The position numbers and the translations under genes are program-made. 64,000 bases of DNA from Thermodesulfovibrionia bacterium (GTDB lineage Bacteria; Nitrospirota; Thermodesulfovibrionia; UBA6902). The stretch lies in contig CAMYND010000001.1 in assembly GCA_947259645.1 (NCBI GenBank), positions 11,169 through 75,168 of the forward strand, written 5' to 3'. The notes beneath the pieces are model-generated. The model was not told the origin of the DNA and did no database searches. It was given only the letters and a program-made list of their open reading frames with translations. This document shows, in pieces, positions 59,411 to 64,000 of the stretch (within the stretch, counting starts at the first letter, position 1; the number at the start of each line of letters is the position of its first letter).

Positions 59411-59443
59411 CCCCCATATCGAGATTCAACCTCGATATGGGGG
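59411..59443. terminator. Bidirectional hairpin between convergent CobW-like and ferritin genes
   Basis: CCCCCATATCGAG-attcaac-CTCGATATGGGGG perfect 13-bp stem. Confidence 0.5.
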
Positions 59444-59453
59444 TGTACGTATC

Positions 59454-59969
59454 TTATACGGTAATATCTGCCGGGGGCACGAAGCTCCTGGCTCCAAGCT
59501 CTTTATCTATCATGAAGAGCCCACCAGGATTGTTCTCATTGAGTTTCAGGCTTTGCAGCACTTCGTCCGCGGACTCTTCCTCTTCGACCTGTTCGTCAAC
59601 GAACCACGTGAGAAAGCTGCTTGTTGCATGGTCTTTCAGCTTCAGCGAGAGGTCCATCAGGTCATTGATCCGCCCGGTTACTACCTGCTCATGTTCCAGT
59701 GTTTCTTCAAAGACAGCCAGCGCAGACTTCCATTCTGAAGGCGGGGCCTTGATCGCTGAAAGAATTACCCTGCCACCACGGGCAGTTACAAAATCATAAA
59801 ACCTCTTCACATGCGTCTGCTCCTCCATTGCCTGGATCCTCATCCAGCTGGAAAACCCCTTCAGGTTTACTGAATCAAAATACGATGCCATAGAAAAATA
59901 AAGATACGATGAGTATAACTCCCAGTTAATCTGCTCATTTATGGCCTTTTCCATCTTCTTCTCTAACAT
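59454..59969 (-). CDS. Ferritin-like protein (non-heme ferritin family)
   Basis: 171 aa, EQINWELYSSYLYFSMASYF...E..H ferroxidase-type residues. Confidence 0.7.
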   Translation of the reverse strand: MLEKKMEKAINEQINWELYSSYLYFSMASYFDSVNLKGFSSWMRIQAMEEQTHVKRFYDFVTARGGRVILSAIKAPPSEWKSALAVFEETLEHEQVVTGRINDLMDLSLKLKDHATSSFLTWFVDEQVEEEESADEVLQSLKLNENNPGGLFMIDKELGARSFVPPADITV

Positions 59970-60117
59970 GATGATCCTCCTTCAGTTTGTATGATGCCAA
60001 TTATTATACATTATCTCTTTCTGCCATGCAGTACAGCATATTCTGCCTGATTTAATTATCCCATTTTTCCCCTCTGTGTCAATTATTTTTATATCTTTAT
60101 TAAATATTTGGTAAAAA

Positions 60118-61368
60118 ATGCCGATACAAATAAGGGTAAGGGCTGTGTCTTCTGACAATGGGATCATATACGTGAAAAACATAAATAATAAGCATAACTC
60201 TGAGAACAGGGAAGCACCAAGGATCTGGATAATTTCCCAGGGGCAGACAATAAATATCGATCCGAGCAGCATATGCGAAGAACCTGTTTCCGGGCCGGTT
60301 ACAGAATACAGGATATCAGAACTTGGCCGCTACATGCTGGACCCGAACCCCATTACACTTGAAGAGAAGGTGATGGGATGCAAGGTCAAGTACCAGCGAA
60401 AGCCTTCCGGCAGGGTGGGAAATTTTCTGAAAAAACTTGTGTCCGGGAAGAACTCCTCTTCTGATGATGACGGGACAGAGGTTGAAGAAATTATTACAAT
60501 GTCTAAAACCGGTTACCCTGATTTTAACGATGAGGCCCTGAACGCTCATATGAAAAAAATCAATGCCATGCTGAGGCCCTATGATCCTGTAAAGAAACAG
60601 CTCATGGCCCTGGACAAGGAACAAATAGCGGACATCTCCGCCGTATGCGAAGAAGTAGGGGGGAGCCGTTACCCGCTGAACCTCCAGGGAAGCATAGATG
60701 ACAAGATCAGTTTTATATCCAACTCACTGTCCCAGAAAGCAAAGGTTGTTTTTAACAAGGCCTACCTGCTCAACGGCCTTTTTGAGCTGAGGGGCTTCAG
60801 GTTCGACCTCTTTAACTCAGATAACTATTACCGCCTTATTAAGGTCACCCAAAGAAACAAACCACGATACTATGTTGTAGACGCAAACTTTAATTTTAAA
60901 TTCTGGCTCGATGATAACTCACTTGTTCATTACATGCAGATCCTTGAGCAGACGATCGCGACAGACCCAAAGCTGAGAGAGGCGCTTCTTCTCTGCATAA
61001 AGAACAACGCAAAACCGTTGAAGCTTTTTTTCTCAAAAAAACTTGACCAGCAGTATTCAGGGCTCTACCTTCCCTTGACATACCGTGAAGTATTCGGTTC
61101 TCTCGATGTCACCGAGGATGAAAAGGAGACCGTAACAAAAGCATTGAATGACTTTCAGAACATCGTGTTCTTTAATTACATACCATGGGTTGACAGGGGA
61201 GAGCAAAAACTCTTTACGAATATTTCAGTGATGCATGATTTAAGGGCCCTTGAACCGATCAAATCTCAGCTTCCCCATGTCTATTCTGAGATTCACAAAA
61301 AAGTCGTGGAGTCAGATGCCGGGAGGCTGTACCTGCTGGACTCTATCAGGGAACACCAGAGTGTATAA
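60118..61368 (+). CDS. Hypothetical protein (416 aa), translationally coupled to downstream LonB-like protease
   Basis: No recognisable motifs; stop overlaps GTG start of next gene (GTGTATAA). Confidence 0.4.
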   Translation: MPIQIRVRAVSSDNGIIYVKNINNKHNSENREAPRIWIISQGQTINIDPSSICEEPVSGPVTEYRISELGRYMLDPNPITLEEKVMGCKVKYQRKPSGRVGNFLKKLVSGKNSSSDDDGTEVEEIITMSKTGYPDFNDEALNAHMKKINAMLRPYDPVKKQLMALDKEQIADISAVCEEVGGSRYPLNLQGSIDDKISFISNSLSQKAKVVFNKAYLLNGLFELRGFRFDLFNSDNYYRLIKVTQRNKPRYYVVDANFNFKFWLDDNSLVHYMQILEQTIATDPKLREALLLCIKNNAKPLKLFFSKKLDQQYSGLYLPLTYREVFGSLDVTEDEKETVTKALNDFQNIVFFNYIPWVDRGEQKLFTNISVMHDLRALEPIKSQLPHVYSEIHKKVVESDAGRLYLLDSIREHQSV

Positions 61369-63622
61369 CGATTACAATGAAAATGACTACAAATGGATTA
61401 AGGAGTTACTGCTCTATCCCATGTCGCTCGAGCGGCATTTAAATTACCTCAGGGACACCTCGCAGATAAGAACACCAGATGATCCGATCGAAAAGGTAAT
61501 ATTTCAGGATAATGCCAAAAAGGCGATTCGAAAGATTGCCCACAGCAGGGGGCATATGCTTATGGTGGGCAAACCAGGGACAGGAAAGTCTCTCCTTGCC
61601 ACTATGTTTAAGCATGTCATAGACAAGTCACTGGGAGACTATATCCGGCCTGACAAAGCCATCACTGCCTATCCCGGGAAAGACGACAATCATGTCCGCT
61701 TTGCCTATGCTGACCCGCGGAAGCTGGACAAATGGATCGCGAATATAAAACTTGAAATTGAAGCGGCGAAAAACAGCGTTGAAGAGTTTTCCCTGAATGA
61801 ACAGATTCAATCGATAAGCAAAGCCAAGAGGGGCCTGCTTTGGGCCACAGCACTGATTGTCCCGGCAGGATTCTTTATCCCGGCGGTCTTTGCCCTTGCC
61901 GGCCTTACAGCAATCGGTGCTGTCTTTATGTTCATCCAGGAAAATAACAACCGGGTCCAGGAAAAAATCCAGCGGGAGTCGCAGTCAAGCAAGACCGTAT
62001 CAGTAAAGCCGATTCTGGATCTGGTGCCGGAACTTCTCTATGACCCGAGGAAAGATAAGGATCTCATGTTAAATGTTTCTGATCCCAATTCCAAAAACAT
62101 GAAAGGGGGGTTCAGGCACGATCCCTACCAGTCCGGAAGCCTCCAGACGCCAATACATCAGAGAGCCTATCTCGGCGCCCATGCCAAGGCCCCGATAATA
62201 TACATTGATGAATTGAAAACACTCATGAAGACGAGGTACATGCCCAGCCTTCTTGAGATAATGCAAAACAAAAAGTACCTTCTGGAAGGCGGTAAAAATA
62301 CGGGTAGCGGTGCAGCCGACAGATCGGAAAACCATCTGAAGGCCGACAATATAATCATTGCCTGCTGCAACCATGACACCCTGATTCACCTGCAGGAAGA
62401 AGGAGAAGGCGCTTTTCTCAGCCGGATCGAGGACAAAGGAGAGATTATCCAGATGGAAGCAGCAGTACCGGAAACAGCTGACAATATAAGGCAGGTCGCC
62501 CAATATATTAAACAGGAAATCAATAACCTTGAAGAAGACTTCAGTAATTCCTGGGGCGAAGTCCTGAAAAAAGAGGGGCATGCCGGCGTCCGGAGACGGA
62601 GCGAACAGATATACGGCAAAAAACTGCCGCCTGACTACAAACTGACTGTGAGAGAATTTTCCCGGAGCGCTGTCGCTGAAATCATTAAAGAACTCCGCTG
62701 CCGAAGTTCTGACGGCAAACTGAGCTGCATGTTAAGGCCGATTAACGGCATTATTAAAACAGCGGAGCTGGAAGCAATTGTGGACAACTCCCACCTCGTT
62801 GAACCGCAGCACATACGAAAGGCACTGTGTGAGCACTTAAGCCTTGAGGGCGCAATATCCAAAGATATAATTGAACACAAGAAAGACCTGAAAAAATATA
62901 TAACCTCAATGACAGACTCGATCGGATATGTAGTAGGGCTTGCAGTAATAAGCTCCAGCGGAAGCGGTCGTATGTTCGGTCAGCCCCTGCCGATTCATTG
63001 CCAGATCAATACCGGGGGGTCAGACATCATTACCGCTCCGGGGAAAATCGGTGATATTGCCAAGGGTGCAGCACAAAACGTACGGGCCTCCATAAAAAGG
63101 CTTCTCCGAAAAATCGAGGCCCCCTACGTTGGATATGAAATGCATATCGAGTATGTTCAGGCCCACGGGGGAGTCGAAGGAGACAGCGCGTCCGTTGCCA
63201 TGGATGTTGGTCTAATATCAGACTTTATCCAGCAGCCCGTAGCCCAGAAATACGGCATAACCGGCTCTCTTACCGGTGATATTATTCTCGCTGTCGGGGG
63301 TGTTACAGAAAAAGTACGGTCAATAATGGACACGGACCTGACAATGGAAGGCGCCTGCATCCCCTGGCAGAACAAATATGATATAGAGCCGCTCCTGGTC
63401 AACATGGAGTTTGAGTACATTCAGAAAGACGAAGTCCCGGGTATCAGAATTTACCGTTCAGATGACCGGCAGGACCCCTTTGACATCTATTTCTGCAAGA
63501 CGAAATACAATGCCTACAAGATTCTTATGGGACTGAGCAAGAAGGCGATAGAGGGAAAAATGGCAGAGCGGAGCAGAAAAGACCTAAAGTTCATTAAACA
63601 TATAAAGGACAAATACAAGTAG
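61354..63622 (+). CDS. Membrane-anchored LonB-type ATP-dependent protease (AAA+ with TM insertion + Lon S16 protease domain)
   Basis: Walker A MLMVGKPGTGKSLL; TM hairpin LLWATALIVPAGFFIPAVFALAGLTAIGAVFMF between Walker A and Walker B (IIYIDELK); C-terminal GDSASVAMDV...GGVTEKVRS Ser-Lys dyad region. Confidence 0.65.
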
Positions 63623-63683
63623 CATGCCCCGGTCGTAAATGCGATAGTATCCAATAACAGCTGTACGTCACAACTCACTCCTT

Positions 63684-63890
63684 GAAATGACAAATATCAA
63701 AGTTTAAATGTCAAATGAATTTCAAACATCAAATTTCGAAACAGCAACTTTAACAGAGCAGGTAAACAAAATTTTTTTATAACAATACACAAAACACGAG
63801 TACTGGAATATCGTATTTATCATGTTTTGTTATTACGTCATTGGGGCTTGATTTGAAATTGAGGCTTTGATGTTTGTCATTCAGAAATCA
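63684..63890. repeat. ~200-bp AT-rich structured element with imperfect terminal inverted repeats (AATGACAAAtATCAAAG / rc AATGACAAAcATCAAAG) and nested ACAAAACA/TGTTTTGT pair
   Basis: 17-nt arms at 63686-63702 and 63865-63881 (16/17 match) plus flanking TCAAA/TTTGA iterations. Confidence 0.35.
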
Positions 63891-63921
63891 TTAGTTTGTT
63901 TAAAAAAGGTTATATTTTTTT

Positions 63922-64000
63922 CTCCAGCAGTGCAGCCATCCGTTCCAGGTGATTTTTCTCTTCTTCTGAGAGATGGGCAAATATTTTCTTTGACCTGCTG
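63922..64000 (-). CDS. 3' end of a minus-strand gene running off the window (…HLSEEEKNHLERMAALLEKKI*)
   Basis: Open frame on minus strand reaching window end with plausible C-terminus; identity unknown. Confidence 0.2.

Noticed and set aside
61250-61353. Upstream in-frame Met start for the LonB-like gene, overlapping the preceding ORF by ~118 nt
   Set aside because: The GTG at 61354 gives the classic GTGTATAA start/stop overlap with the upstream gene. The longer N-terminus would be translated from within the upstream coding region.
1-64000. CRISPR arrays, integrases, transposases, prophage genes
   Set aside because: None detected. The palindromes are dispersed singletons, not spaced direct repeats, and no recombinase-like ORF flanks the tRNA-adjacent accessory locus within the window.

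Overview
This 64-kb window appears to come from an anaerobic bacterium (type-B three-subunit fumarate reductase/SDH, class I Fe-S fumarase, anaerobic cbi pathway); GC is roughly 47% by eye.

Positions 1-17.2 kb form one long minus-strand cobalamin operon: cobU-cobT-cobS-cobC-cobQ-cbiB-cobD-cbiA-cbiX/cbiC fusion-cbiM-cbiN-cbiQ-cbiO-radical SAM/SPASM gene-cbiD-cbiE/T fusion-cbiL. It is headed at ~17.29-17.57 kb by a cobalamin riboswitch (B12 box present) with its own intrinsic terminator and a sigma70-like promoter.

The rest of the window, in order:
- 17.6-23.3 kb: small genes (PilZ x2, Cys-rich protein, YjbQ, P-loop kinase, divergent PGK-like gene, secreted hypotheticals, ABM-like protein).
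- 23.5-35.3 kb: NarX/NarL-like two-component pair, a YbbA/YbbP/TesA-like ABC triad, a LivK-like binding protein and a TAXI-TRAP transporter.
- 35.4-45.9 kb: Usp, FAH-family hydratase, BirA, class I fumarase, AEC permease, SdhCAB and a PilZ/DUF4388/DnaJ protein.
- 47.7 kb: tRNA-Lys and tRNA-Glu with a terminator, followed by an accessory-looking exopolysaccharide/exosortase locus. That locus holds a tandemly duplicated TPR gene fragment, a TPR + beta-barrel protein, a noncanonical CTERM sorting-signal protein, an exosortase and an EpsI-like fusion.
- 55-64 kb: CBS-PAS hybrid kinase, CobW-like GTPase, ferritin, and a translationally coupled pair of an unknown protein plus a membrane LonB-like AAA+ protease.

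Most notable observations:
1. A family of 22-28 bp perfect palindromes (GTAGGGGCATGGCATGCCATGCCCCTAC) occurs at least 7 times. Five copies sit in-frame inside conserved enzymes (CbiL, CbiD twice, CobQ, FAH), each adding 7-10 residues.
2. A radical SAM/SPASM gene with an RRE-like N-terminal extension, plus a possible 46-codon peptide ORF, is embedded in the B12 operon.

No CRISPR array, integrase or transposase was seen.
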